Source of the DNA: Octopus sinensis
Taxonomy: Eukaryota
Assembly (NCBI RefSeq): GCF_006345805.1
Contig: NC_043000.1
Span: 111,228,001-111,292,000, forward strand
DNA length: 64,000 nucleotides
Direction of reading: 5' to 3'
The notes under the pieces are model-generated. The model was not told the DNA's origin, did no database searches, and worked only from the letters and a program-made list of their open reading frames with translations. A program made the position numbers and the translations under genes. This document shows, piece by piece, positions 12,519-27,205 of this stretch (position 1 is the first letter of the stretch; each line of letters starts with the position of its first letter).

Positions 12519-15500
12519 CACCACAGGCTTCTTTCAGTTTCCGTCTACCAAATCCACTCACAAGGCTTTGGTCGGCCCAAGGCTATAGTAGAAGACACTT
12601 GCCCAAGATGCCATGCAGTGGGACTGAACCTGGAACCATGTGGTTTGTAAGCAAGCTGCTTACCACACAGCCACTCCTACGCCTAAATTTTTTCAAAGAA
12701 CTCGAGAAAGGAAATAGCAGAAAAGAATCCAGGAGATTCCTGTTTATCCTTATGTATAAAGTTTTCTGACAGAGGAACCTTAATGTAATGTCTGTTAAAT
12801 ATATATTTTTACAGACATAGATAACATCATTATACCAATTAATTTAATACACACACACACACACACTGATATATTAACGTACCTCTCTACTGTGAATGGT
12901 TCCCAACGGTTACGATAATTCGATTTCCCTTCTGAGCCATCATTTGAGGTAAAGTTCTGAGAGAAAAAAAACGAAAATCAATTGAAAAATCTTGTTACAC
13001 AATATGAAGAGAATACATTGTGTTCTTATGCACAGAACAAACTGCTGTCAGTACAGGCATTATCGTGTATTATAGACTGTATACTGTCTGTCTGTAAGAA
13101 AGAAAGAAAGAAACAGAGAGAGAGGGGAGGAAGAAAGACAGAGAGAGAGAAAGAGGGAGAGAGAGAGAGAAGGAAAGAAAGAAAGACAGAGAGAGAGAAA
13201 GATGGACAAACAGATATTAATGTGTTACAGAAAATACTCCATATAAAAATATATTCTTTTATTCTTTTCATTGTTTCAGTGATTTGACTGTGGCCATGCT
13301 GTAGCACCACCTTTAGTCAAACAAATTGACCCCAGAACTTATTCCCTTCTCAGCCTAGTACTTATGCCGAGCTGCTAAGTTATGGGGATGTAAACACACC
13401 AACATCAGATGTCAAGCAACGGGGGGGGGGGCAAACACAGACAAACAAATACATATATATACATACACACACACAATAGGCTTCTTTCAGTTTCCCTCAA
13501 CCAAATCCACTCACTGGGCTTTGGTCATCCCGAGGCTATAGTAGAAGACACTTGCCCAGTGGGGCTGAATCTAGAACCATGTGGTTGGGAAACAAGCTTC
13601 TTACCACACAACCACTGCTGCGCCTATTATATATATATGTGTGTGTGTGTCTTTTACCTTAGTCCTGGGTTGACAAAAGCATGGATTTAGTAAAGGAAAC
13701 TGAAAAAAGCCCATCATCATATATATATAGGTGTGTGTGTGTTTATATGTACCTTTGTCTGGACATAACATGATGGTTGTAAATGAGCATCACTGTCATA
13801 CAAGCAGTGTTGTTTGTTTTCAGTTTTTCATAGTAAACCATGTCTAACCATGGGGAAATGTTACCTTGCTTCAAAATGGTTGGTGACAGAAAGTCTGCCT
13901 CAACAAATTCCATCTGACCAATGCAAGCATGGAAAAGTGGACATTACATGATAAGGAAGAGAGAGAGAGAGAGAGAGTAGTTGCATATAGAGAAAGTATG
14001 TGCCTTAGTGGTTAGGGTGTTGGGCTCACAATGACAAGGGGGGCAGGTTCAATTTCTGACCTGGGTAGCAAGTGGTATCTTTGAAAGAGACACTTCCGGT
14101 TGTTGAAGTCTACTCAGCTGAAAATAAAAACCAGTCCCCTTCTCTCACTCCACCTGTCACAACCCAGATATCCCACTGGGCCGAGGAGTGAGAGGGCTGA
14201 AGGAATATCTATGTCTGCTCACGACTATATATAAGGCATCAAAAGCATTTAGAATAAGCATGCTATCAAGTCACACTCACTTCCAAGAGACGGTTCTATG
14301 GGATTTGTCTTATTGACAAATTATATCAAGAAAGACTTTTATCAAAGGAAAATGTGAAAAGGAGAAATACTCACCTCACGGGGCCGATCACTGTACCCTA
14401 AGCCAGCACGGTCAAATATACAAACCTGTGAAAGAAAATGGGTTTGTTAATATACTAAAAGAAGATTTAGAGAAAGGTTAATGATCCTTAAGAAACTGGT
14501 ATTGATCTGTGTGAGTAATATTTGTATCATCTAATAAATTTGACAAAAAGAATAGCATGGGAAAGGGGAATATGGAATGCTTCAGACTGATTCCTTCTTC
14601 GGGGAAAATTAACAAGAGAGGAATTAAAGAAACTATGAAAAAAAAAAACTGGCTGCAACTGATGAGGAACATAGGATCATGGAAGCTTAATGTGAACAAG
14701 ATGTAGTAAGAGAAAGACACAGTATAGGAGAAGTAGAAGGAATGAGGGATGGAATGAGGAGAAGTGGACAAAGCCAGGAGCGAGGTGACAGGAAATGATG
14801 AGGTGAGAGGGGAGTTGAAGGATCGGAAAGGGTTTACTGATCAAACCTGTTGTTGTCAAGTTCAAATAAAAATGTTGATCCTTTGGTTTCCTTGAACATG
14901 TGGTTCCATGGTGTGGAGAGATGCTGCACACTGATAGGCAGGTGATGGAATGGCCTGGTGTGTTGTGGTTAAAACACAAGGCTTTCACAAATCAATAACA
15001 AAGAATGTGTTAATTAATTGTTTAAACTTGGCTTTTACTCAGGCCATAATTAGGACTTGGCCATTTTACTGTGGCTGCATTGAAAATTCAGCAAATACAA
15101 TATCATAAACATCTGATCGAATTCCTTTCTTTTCATGTCTGTACAAAGCTGGTCACACTTATGCTTTGACTGCAGCACAGAAACGGTAAATTGTACGATA
15201 TTGAATCTATAAAGTTACAGTTTTATGTTAAACAAATATTGTTAGCCTCACTGTCAATAGCAGCAAAACAACAAAGAATTCAGGTATCAGAAAAAAAAAA
15301 AAACAGACTGATGATAATTAAATGACAGGTAAGTTGGTTCAACTACAGAAGATATTTCAGGTGGACATTGGTCTAAGATGGCAATATAAGAGGAAGCAGA
15401 TACATTGGGACATTTATTAAGATATTACTTCAGATGAAAGCAAAGCTTAACAATTTAAAATGAATATATTATATGTATAAGTAACAAATAATACATACTC

Positions 15501-15641
15501 TTGTCACATTAGCAATTTCAGGCCATACAAGAGACCAGACATCAGATGACATTCCTGTGGGGGCATCGAGTATCACTGAAAATTGACAATTATTTCAAGA
15601 GTCATCAACAATCTTGTATTAACAATAGCAGTATCTCTCTT

Positions 15642-15689
<48 letters not shown>

Positions 15690-18600
15690 GTTAATCCAAA
15701 CATGAAAACACAAAAACGTGAGGGCGTGGAACAAGTGTAGTGTTATTGGGCACTCAGGAAAGGAAAGAAAGAAGGAGGGTTTAACGTTTCAAGCGGAGCT
15801 CTTTATCAGAAACATAGGAAAAGGAAAGATCCAAGGAAGGGAAGATGGAGGAAAAAAAATCGCCAACGATATACACGCGGTCACATTTTGAGATATATAT
15901 ATATATCATACACACATACACATCATCAATATTGTTTTAACATCCACTTTTCCATGCTTGCATGGGTCAGACAAAGTTTGTTTTGGCAGATTTTCTATGG
16001 CTGGATGCTCTTCCAACCATCAATTCTCACCTGTTTCCAATCACAGGTGAAAGAAGGTTACACAAAAACCATCCTAGAGACTTACCTACAAACAAAAGCT
16101 TGCAGATATTTAGGCAAATGAAAACATTAACACCCATCGCAGAAAAATACATAACGTAGCATTGGTAAGAGGTGGGGAGGGGGGCAGGGCATCTAACAGT
16201 AAAAAAAATAAACAAGGTGTAGCCCCCCCCCACAATCCCCAGCACACACACACAATCTAGAAGAGTAACTGAATGAAAACAGTAAAATAAGTTATAGAAA
16301 TGTTTTCGTCCTACTTCAGACATCGTCTAGTCTTGGTAAATGATGAAACGTACCCAGTCTATGGTGTTGTTGAAAGGGAGGCCTACAGGTGGAAACCAAA
16401 GGAATCAAGAAAAATTGCCAACAGAACTCAAAAGGTTTGCTTTTAGGATCAGTCCCACTGCATAGCATGTTGGACAAGTGTTTTCTACAATAGCCCTGGG
16501 CTGATCAAAGCCTTTTGGGTGGATTTGGTAGACAAAAAAAAACAGCAAGGCAAAGAGCCAGTCATGTGTGTATGAGTGTGTTCATGTCTCCTTGTCTTGA
16601 CATCACATACGGAATGTTAATAAACATCCCAGTCATACGAGAAGCGGTGTTTATTCACAAACATTCTGTGAAAACTTGTCTAACCATTGTGCTGTTCGTG
16701 TTTGAAGGACAAGGGGGGAAAATATAACCAAGCTTGGAAATAGATATGGGTTGGACACAGAAAAAGCAACCACCCATAGAAAATCTTCCTCACCAACGTG
16801 GCTGGGTACAGCACATTCTTCCTTAAGATACTTTAATTGGGAAAATACTCACCGGTTATACAGAGAGCCATCTCAACACAATGCACGCCTCACAATGCAA
16901 TGATTGATTTTATAACAAACAACAACAAAATGAACTTCAACAATAAAGCCAATTAAATACAGTACCACTACCATCACCACCATTACCACCATTCTTTGGA
17001 AGGACAATGCTGCACACAGACACAAGAAACACTGATGCACATTGTTGTGCAATGAAAAACTTGTATTAAACTATAGGAAATACTGCAACTTCTATTATTA
17101 ATATTAATAATAATTCTTTCTTTTCTATAGGTACAAGGCCTGACATTTTGGTAGGAGAGGCTTAGCCAATTATATCAATCCCAGTATTCAACTAATACTA
17201 TATTTTATTAACCCTAATCTACACTCTGTCCAAAAAATAGCCCTGCTAGGACCAGCCCACATCCTACACGAGACACAAACAATCCAATAATACAACCTAA
17301 ACAGAACAACCCACAAATACAAGACACACTCTATACAGCATTTACCCAGTGAAATAAACTCCCACCAGCAAGCCAAGAAACCAAAGCATTACACACTCAA
17401 CACACAATACAAGCAGTAACACAACAAAAGACTGCACCACACCTCAAGGAAAAAAGCTAACACAATACAGAACTGGGAGGAGTTTGAGCACTCCCAACAG
17501 CAGAAAAGAATACACAATGCTGCACATATCCCAGCAACATGGTGGTGTAGCAGGTGATGCAGTAGAAATTTGCTTCAATCTACCAAATATTGAACAGTTA
17601 TATAATAATAATAATTTCAAATTTTGGTACAAGACCAGCAGTTTCAAGGAAGAGGTAAGTCGATTACATCAACCTCAGGAGGTAACTGGTATTTATTTTT
17701 ATCAATCATGAAAGGATGAAAGATAAAGTCAGCCTTGGTGGAATTTGAACTTGGATTGTAAAAATGGAAAAAACACAGCTAAGCATTTTGCCCAGCATAC
17801 TAACAATTCTGCCAGCTCACCACCACAATAATAATAATAATAATAATCCTTTCTACTAAAGGCACAAGGCCTGAAATTTGGGGGAGGGGGTAGATCATTT
17901 ACATTGACCCCAGTACACAACTGGTACTTATTTTATCAACTCTAAAAGAATGACAAGCAAAGCTGACCATGGCAGAATTTGAAAATAATAATAATAATGG
18001 TTCAAATTTTGGCACAGAGCCAACAATAATTTCTAAGATAAAGAAAGGTCTTCAAATGAATATATGGGTGAATGAGTAAAATTTTGTGAGACTAAATAAT
18101 ATGGTCAGACTTCATATGGAAGTTGCAGAAGACTCTGTAATTCTCATTTTCTATCACAGACTCTGGTCTGTGTTCACAGCACCTTTCTATTGTTTTGAAG
18201 CCACGAAACTTGACCAACATCTGAAAGCACTCTTTTGCCAGCTGAACCATCATTTGTTGAAGCAACAAGAGATTCCAAAATACATTTTTTGTAAAAGAAA
18301 ATTCACAATAAAATATTTTCAGTTACTCACCAGTAGGAGGTCCATCACCTTGACATTTCATAAATAACCTCTGACCCCAACCAATGTCATAAAGTTGACC
18401 TACAAAAACAAAATGAAAACACAAAATCAAACGATGTAGATGAATTGGCAGAGTCGTTACAGCCTTGGATTAAATGTCTGACAGGATTTCTTAAAGGCTC
18501 TTTTCTGAGTTCAAACCCTATCAAGGTTAACTCTGTCTTTCACCCTTATCATCAACACCATCATCATCATTTAATGTCCATTTTCCATGCTGATATGGGT

Positions 18601-21561
18601 TGCATGGTTAGATAGGACCCAGCAGACTGCAGCGCTGTGTTAGGCCCCAGCTTCGGCAGTTCGAATGGCTGGATGCCCTTCCTACCACTGACGACTAATG
18701 TGTAATGGGTGCCTTTTTCCATGATAACTGGCAAGACAAAGAAAAGAAAAGAAAAGGAAAAAGTCCCCTTGACTGACTGGGAGTGTATTTGAGGGAGAGA
18801 AAGAGAGCGAGAGAGGCAGACAGAGAGACGGACAGAGAGAGAGAAACAGAGACAGAGAGAGAGAGAGATGTGGTTTTATGCTAGATGTTGAAGGCTAAAG
18901 TATGATAAAGGAACAAGCACCCAGGTGTTTTGCTGTAGGGGAGAAATACCTGGTTTTCCAGGCTGGATGAGAGCAGCTGGAAGGAAGATATAAATGATGG
19001 AGACAGGGTGCCAAAGGATTTGCTCAGAGTACAAGAAGGTCACTGGAAGGGAGGATGCAGCAGACTGTGGATCTGGAGGGGAGAGGGAAGGATGAGTAAT
19101 TTCATAAGACTGTGGGAGAGGAGAGTGAGTGATGGTTGAGGATTGGATGAAAAAGGGTGGAGGTGTAGGTGATGGTAGTTCATAAAATATAATACCAGTC
19201 CAAGAGGATGGCATGAAGGAATTGTTTGAGCATCGGATGAAATGCCTCTTAATAATCATTCCAGCATTTTATGATTTATATTAGAGCTGGGGAAGAAGGG
19301 TTGTGTAAAATGTTTAACGTATGGAGTGGAAGATGCAACAGTAAAAGATCACCATCATCATCATCATTTAATATCCATTTTCTATGCTGGCATGCGTTGG
19401 ACAGTTTGAGAGGAACTGGCAAGGCCAGAAGCTGTACCGGGTTCCATAGTCTGTTTCGGCTTGGTTTCTACAACCAGATGCCCTTCCTAACACCAACCAC
19501 TTTACAGTTTATCACTTTATGTGGCACCAGCATGGGAGCTTTTTATGTGGTGCCAGCACCATGTACAAGATGACAAGAAAGGCAGAAACAGGTGGAGTGA
19601 AGGATTGCTGGGAGGAGAGGATATACAATTAGTTGAGAGGAGCAGAGGCTGTTGTAGTCAGGGTAGAAAAGCAAAGAGATGAGACATTGGAGTGTGTTGG
19701 TGAGAGAAGTTATTAATCGATCAATCTCTAGTCTTTATTCTCCTAGCATAAAGTTTCCCCCACCCCAAGGCCTCAGGTTTTATAATCATGAAAGCTGAAT
19801 GGAAGTCTGTCTGGCATCGGTGGCATGCAGAAAATGCGACAGTCCACATTGTAAAGTGGCTGGTGTTAGGAAGGGAGTCGAGTCATAGAAACCATATCAA
19901 AGCAGACACTGAAACACAATGCAGTCCATGGGTCCATTGGATCCTATCAAACTGTCCAACCCATCCCAGCATGGGATAGGCATATTAAACGCCCCTTATT
20001 CTCAGGGCATTGCTCAACAGAGTCTGTAATAGAAGATACTAGCCCAAAGTGTAGTACATTCATATTGAACCTGGAATCACATGGTTACAAAACGAACTTC
20101 TTAATTACACAGCCATCTCTGTATATATCAATGTACTAGCAGTATCGCCCGGCAGTGCTCGGGTTTGTTTCGACCCTTTAGAATTGGAATTTTTGAAAAG
20201 TAAAAATTTTGCCTTATGTAGCTTGTTATTCTCTTTAAGTGAATATTTGTCTGGTTGAAATACACCAAAAACTGGCGACACAGCAGTCAAAAAATCATAA
20301 AAAATAGGGATTTTCATAGAAAAACAGCACCTTTTTGATGTAAATAATTTTTGGTGTTAACATGGTCTGATTTGAATTTTTTCTTCTACGGAATGAAGAG
20401 CAAGCCTTCTTCTATCATACTCTCAATTTTGGTCAACTTGCGCCACAGGGTCTTGGAGGAGATAGTGTTAGTTGAAGGCTACCAAACCTGCCATACACAG
20501 ACAACTTCAGCTTTATATATAGAGAGATTTGATCAGTAAAAAAACAACTGGATGATGATGATGATAATTAGTGCAGACAGTTTAAAATGTTAAACGGGAT
20601 GCAAAGGAAGATAGATGTTATTAACGTAAGCAAGTGAGAAATAGTTGAGTAGCTGTTAGTGACTGGAAGAGCCGGGGAAGGGTGGGTGGAGGGGAACGGG
20701 TGTAGTGGAAAAGAGCATCAGGTGAACTCGGAGCAATGAGGTAGAAAGACTCAGGTGCAAAGTGGGAGATGTTTTTGGTTGACAGGTGTCAGGGGAGGAG
20801 GGGGTGCGAAGAGTGAGAGTGGGTTATTTGTAAACACAGACATTTTGCCTTCTTCATGGAAATTCAAGTGGAAAGCATTGCAAGCAGTGAAGAGAAGAGA
20901 CTGGAGATACTTGATGAAGAGAGGAATGGAATGTGTGGTTTACGTTTAGCTAGGGAGAAAGGAAGAGCAAAAGAGAGAGAGAGTGAGAGAATGAGGGAGA
21001 GAGCGGAAGCTTAAACCCAGTAAATGGAAACAGAGTAAAGCCTGGATCCAACAAGTTAAGGAATGGACCATCAATTAGGAAGATGAAGAGAGAAAGAAGA
21101 CTTAAACGCAGCACATGGAGAGAACACAAAATCTTGATGAGGAGAGAGAGAAACCATGGTGGTGAGAGAAAGAGCATCCCTAACCAAATAAAGAGAGGTG
21201 AATGCTAAGCCCAGCAAACGGGTACCCTAAAGACACCAGATGGCCAGATGGTAAGAGAAGACCCCTTAACCAAATAGATGCAAAGAAGAATCTTAAACCC
21301 GAGAGAGAGAGAGAGAGAGAGAATGGAATGGAAACGTTGATGTGATGAAAACTCTACCTTCTGGCTTTAGGTGCATTTCTTCATTCTTCAAGGAGGCATA
21401 ATTCAAGAATGGTGGAGCGATTAGGGCCACCACTGCAATCTTCCAACCCCAGGAGAAGATCTGTGAGAGGATACCAGGTCGGCTGTTCTGGGTCTGAAAA
21501 GAAATGTGTGTTTTTAGATATATATGTGTCTGTGTGTGTGCATACATCTGTCTATACACTC

Positions 21562-21599
<38 letters not shown>

Positions 21600-22698
21600 C
21601 ACATACACATACATATATATACTTGTTGGTGCAGCTATCTGGCTCACCAGTCCTCAGTCAAACCATCCAACCCATGCGAGCATGGAAAGCGGACATTAAA
21701 CGATAATGATGATAAAATACATACTCATGTATATACACACACACATATATATATACACACACACATACATACATGTGTATACACACACACACAGACATGA
21801 CAGAAGTAAATAGACACCCTTATAATCATTAAAACTTATTTAAATATGAAATTATACATTCAAATTATTTATCAATTTTTATAATGTGAATATTTAATAT
21901 TTAGTAGACATGCCCTTTGCATTTTTCAATACAAGGATCCTGTCAGAGGGCCCTGGTTGATCTGGGCAAGGTGATGTGGACTCCTCCTCTCTGGTGAATT
22001 GCACAATCACTCTATTAACTGTAGAAAGCAAGATCCTAAGGTTTTCTGTGATTTTACGCTATGTCCACCTTCAGATTGACCCACAATAAGGCCCCTTTAT
22101 ATATATATATATATATATAAGGTTGAAAAGGAACCTTATATATATATATATATTATATATATATATATATATAGGATCTTGCTTTCTACAGTTAATAGAG
22201 TGATTGTGCAATTCACCAGAGAGGAGGAGTCCACATCACCTTGCCCAGATCAACCAGGGCCCTCTGACAGGATCCTTGTATTGAAAAATGCAAAGGGCAT
22301 GTCTACTAAATATTAAATATTCACATTATAAAAATTGATAAATAATTTGAATGTATAATTTCATATTTAAATAAGTTTTAATGATTATAAGGGTGTCTAT
22401 TTACTTCTGTCATGTCTGTGTGTATGCACGAGTATGTGTACACACAAGTATATATGTATGTGTGTATGTATACACATGTATGTATGTGTGTGTGTATATA
22501 TATATGTGTGTGTGTATATACATGAGTATGTATTTTATCATCATTATCGTTTAATGTCCGCTTTCCATGCTCGCATGGGTTGGATGGTTTGACTGAGGAC
22601 TGGTGAGCCAGATAGCTGCACCAACAAGTATATATATGTATGTGTATGTGCAATATATATATATATATATTATATATATATATATACGAGTGTATATA

Positions 22699-22732
<34 letters not shown>

Positions 22733-24458
22733 CCTGAGTATATATGTATCACACACACACATTTGTGTATGCATATATTTATATATTGTATTGTATTATA
22801 CATGTGTGTTTAGCAAATCAATAAACCATGAAATATTAATAGATGAATGATCAATAACAACCAGACCACCACCACCACCACCACTCACTATCTGCTACAC
22901 CTCAGCTTGGCCCACCTCCAGAGTTCAATATTGGTCAATGGGTGCAGGAATAGTTACATGGAAAAGAACTTCATTCCATAGAAATGCGGTTTGGGGTTCA
23001 ACCCTACTGCACAGTACCTTGGGTGGCTTCAACAAAGGCCTTGGGCTCAACAAATTTTTGTGTGTGAAATTAGATCTGGGGGTGCTGATAGCCTTAATGT
23101 ACCAGGGCAATCCTCTCTCAATCAGAGGCAGCTATGCCACAGACAAAGCAGCAATAAATGCACGATGCCAAAAGGGCCACTTTTGGTAAAGAAGAACTGG
23201 TGATGTGGGATGAAGTGAATGCCTGGCCAAGATGGCCCAGGCTTCTCCCATTTGATCTTTGACAGGGTGTTGATAGCTATAGACAGTAGGGTGGTGACCA
23301 TAGAAGTCAGAATCCACTTGGGGATGTATAACAACTTATCTGCTGAATCTAGCAGCCCCTAAAATAGATTGCACTGGAGGGAGAAAGAAGGAAATCCATT
23401 GAAGGGAACAGTTTTGTATCTGGGTGGTAGATATACTCTGGTATTTGGTTTAACACCACCACATAGTCCTTGGCTACTTCTGGCAGAATTGTAAGCAATT
23501 AGGCCAGGGGACCATTCTAAGAATAACTTCCAACCTTCCTCCAGTCAGTCTCAGAAACCATGGAAAATGCCATCAAACTTCAAAGAAAGATTTTTGTTTT
23601 TTAAACGTTTAACACTTGAGTGTTTAAACCTGCCATATCCAGGGTCCGACCAGATCTAACCTCTCACACCTACCCTACAATGTCATTCTAAAAATAAGCA
23701 ATCACATCTTTGAAATCTCAAAGCTACAAGATAATGCATGATTAATTCAAAACTGGAATAAATGAACATAACATTTGAGAGGGTAATCTGAATGCTAAAG
23801 GGTTCCTCTTCAGTCACCTTCTTGTCAATGTTAAAGAAAAAGAGGTCAACGTGTTAGAGCAGGGCTTTCCAACCTGTGTCACACATTTTGGTAAATCATT
23901 TTAGTGCTACATCACTTCTGCCCCAAGGCCAAAATATAGAATCTGAAGATTTTTTCCCTTTCTATTTGCAGATGATAACCAAACAAGATGATAACTGTGA
24001 CATGAGAGCCTGAAAAAATTCCACTCAATGGTTTATGATGTTTTATCTTGGCTTCTCAACCACATGCCTCCTGGGTTCCGTTCCACAGCATGACAGTTTG
24101 GGCAAGTGTCTTCTATTATAACCCCAAATCAACCAAAGCCTTGTGAATGCACTGAGTAGACAGAAACTGAAAGAAGCCCATATGTGTGTGGGGGTGGTGT
24201 ATATGTATGTATATATATATGTATATACATATATAACACTATAAAATGGTCAAATTTTTCCCAAAAAACTTAGTTCAATTTGAAAACCCCACTAGAATGG
24301 GCGAAAACGCTAATATATGATATATGTTATATGATGTATAAAAACATGTAATATACAAATAAATATCTGTAAATATAAAACCATCCGAATTTCTGAGTAC
24401 CTCATTTCTTCTAATATAAAATACCTGTACATCATCTCCAAACCTTCTAATATATACA

Positions 24459-24500
<42 letters not shown>

Positions 24501-24501
24501 C

Positions 24502-24551
<50 letters not shown>

Positions 24552-25002
24552 CGATAATTTCATAACTTTGTTAAACCGAAAAGTAATTTCGTTAAATTGA
24601 AGATCAAAAATGAAAATAGGACTGCAGCTGGAAGTGCTCAGAATTAAATTTCTTGAGACAAAAGGAGAAATAAATTGAAAGATATAATGAATAAAAATTC
24701 CAATTGGTCAAAACAACTTTGTATCATTCCCAAATTATCATAAATCAAATATAAATATATATTAAAATTATGGGGCATCCAATGGTAAAACCTAATACTA
24801 TAAAATATACACATATACACGAATAAAAGGTGATAAATCCTGAAAGGGTAATATGAGTGAAGTTGAATGAAGAAAAATATATGCAATAAATTCATGCATA
24901 ACAAAGGCAAGTAAAATTTAAGGGAATGGAGCTAAAATATTATAAATATAAAAATAAAGGGCAAAGTGATAACCAGAAAAGAGTCCATTCAAATCCATCT
25001 TT

Positions 25003-25038
<36 letters not shown>

Positions 25039-26699
25039 GATATTTATAGATAGATAGTTATCTTTTATCATTTACTTCATCCATTGGACTGTGGTCATGC
25101 TAGGGCATATTTCTAAAGGGTTTAGGTTAAACATATTGACTCCAAGACCTATTTTCCATTAAACCAGGTTCTTATTTGGTCTCTTGCACTGAACAGCTAA
25201 GCTACAGGGATGTAAACAAACCAACGCCAGTTGTCAAATGGTGGTGAGGGACAAACACACACATATAGCTATATACAACAGGCTTCTTTCAGTTTTCATC
25301 TACAAAATCCACTCACAATGTGTGTGTGTATATATATATAGAGATATCTTTTACCATTTATTTGCTTTGGTTATTAGACTGTGGTCATACTGGAGCACAT
25401 TTCTAAAGGGTTTAGGTTAAACAAATTGACTGCAGGACTTATTTTCCATTAAGTCAGGTATTTATTCGGTCTCTTGCACTGAACTGCTAAGTTACAGGGA
25501 CATAGACCAGCATCAAGCATCACCAAGCTTTTGGCAAAATTGGATGCAGATTCTCTGCTCAACTTTCTCTGTCATGGTCAATGCGATGATCATACGCTAC
25601 ACACCTTCCTTCCAAGGAATGCTGTAAACAGCAGAAGTGGACTACGTTAAAACTTGGTGCACATGCACGGCAGAGTTCACAGTCAATCTGTGCCAAGCAG
25701 CTTCACTCTGTATGCTTTAGCATCGTTACTATAGCAACAGTCCGGATACTTATTGATCAGACCATGTACATATATATACGACAGGCTACTTTCAGTTTTT
25801 GCCTACAAAATCCACTCACAATGTGTGTGAGAGAGAGAGAGAGAGACAGAGCGAGAGAGAGACAGACAGACAGAGCGAGAGAGGGTATTTCTTTATTCAC
25901 CCCTGAGAAAAAGAGGGGATGATACGAGGACAGACAAAACAAACATTGGGGTCAGGGTATCGAATGAGACGAAACGTATGAATAAACAAACAATTAAATG
26001 AGAATGAGTGATTTACAAAAAATGAAACGGAGGACGCGGTTGACCCCACAAACCACATACTCATACTGAAGACTTTGCTTTCTCCTTTTTTACATTCTCG
26101 TTTAAACGGATTTGAGAGAGATGTCTCCTTGTCTTCACATCAGGTTACGGCTGTAAACGAGCATCACTGTCATTCAAGGGGTCTCCAGTTCCAATCTTCT
26201 ATGGAAACATGTCCAGCCATGGAAAATATTACCTTACATGGAAACAACTGAAGGTTGGTGGCAGGGAGAGCATCCAACCTTAGAATAATCTACCCCAACA
26301 AAATTCTGTCTGAGCCAGTTGACATTAAAACAACGATGATGATGATGATAGGTCTACACACACAAACATGAAATAATTGTACTTATCTCCATTTCAATGC
26401 ATAATCGTCTCAATTTTGTTAGCATATTTTTTTTTTTCATTTCTATTGATAAAACCATTAAAAATGTATTCCTTTTGATTTACATCATTTTTATTTGCCT
26501 GGAGACTCACACAATCAATGCACTACATAAACCAAGTAACACCAGTGTGTGTGTATGCATATACGAGTGTATATACATATATATAAATACATATACATAT
26601 ACATCAAATTACATATACATATATATATATAAATACATATATATATATATATATATAAATACATATATATATATATATATATAAATACATATATATATA

Positions 26700-26738
<39 letters not shown>

Positions 26739-27171
26739 AATACATATATATATATAATATATATATATATATATAAATATATAAATACCCGGTGGCATGT
26801 AAAAAGCACCATTTGAGCGTAATCGTTACCAGCATCGCCTTACTGGCACTGTGCCAGTGCCATGTGAAAAATATTCGAGCGAGGTCATTGCCAGTGCTGC
26901 TGGCACATAAAAAACACCATTTGAGCCTGGCCATTGCCAGTACCGCTTGACTGGCCCTCATGCCAGTTGCACGTAAAAGTACCCACTACACTCTTGGAGT
27001 GGTTGGCGTTAGGAAGGGCATCCAGCTGTAGAAACTCTGCCAGATCAGATTGGAGCCTGGTGCAGCCATCAGGTTTGCCAGTCCTCAGTCAAATTGTCCA
27101 ACCCATGCTAGCATGGAAAGCAGACATTAAACAATCATGATGATGATATATAAATACATAGATATATATAT

Positions 27172-27205
<34 letters not shown>

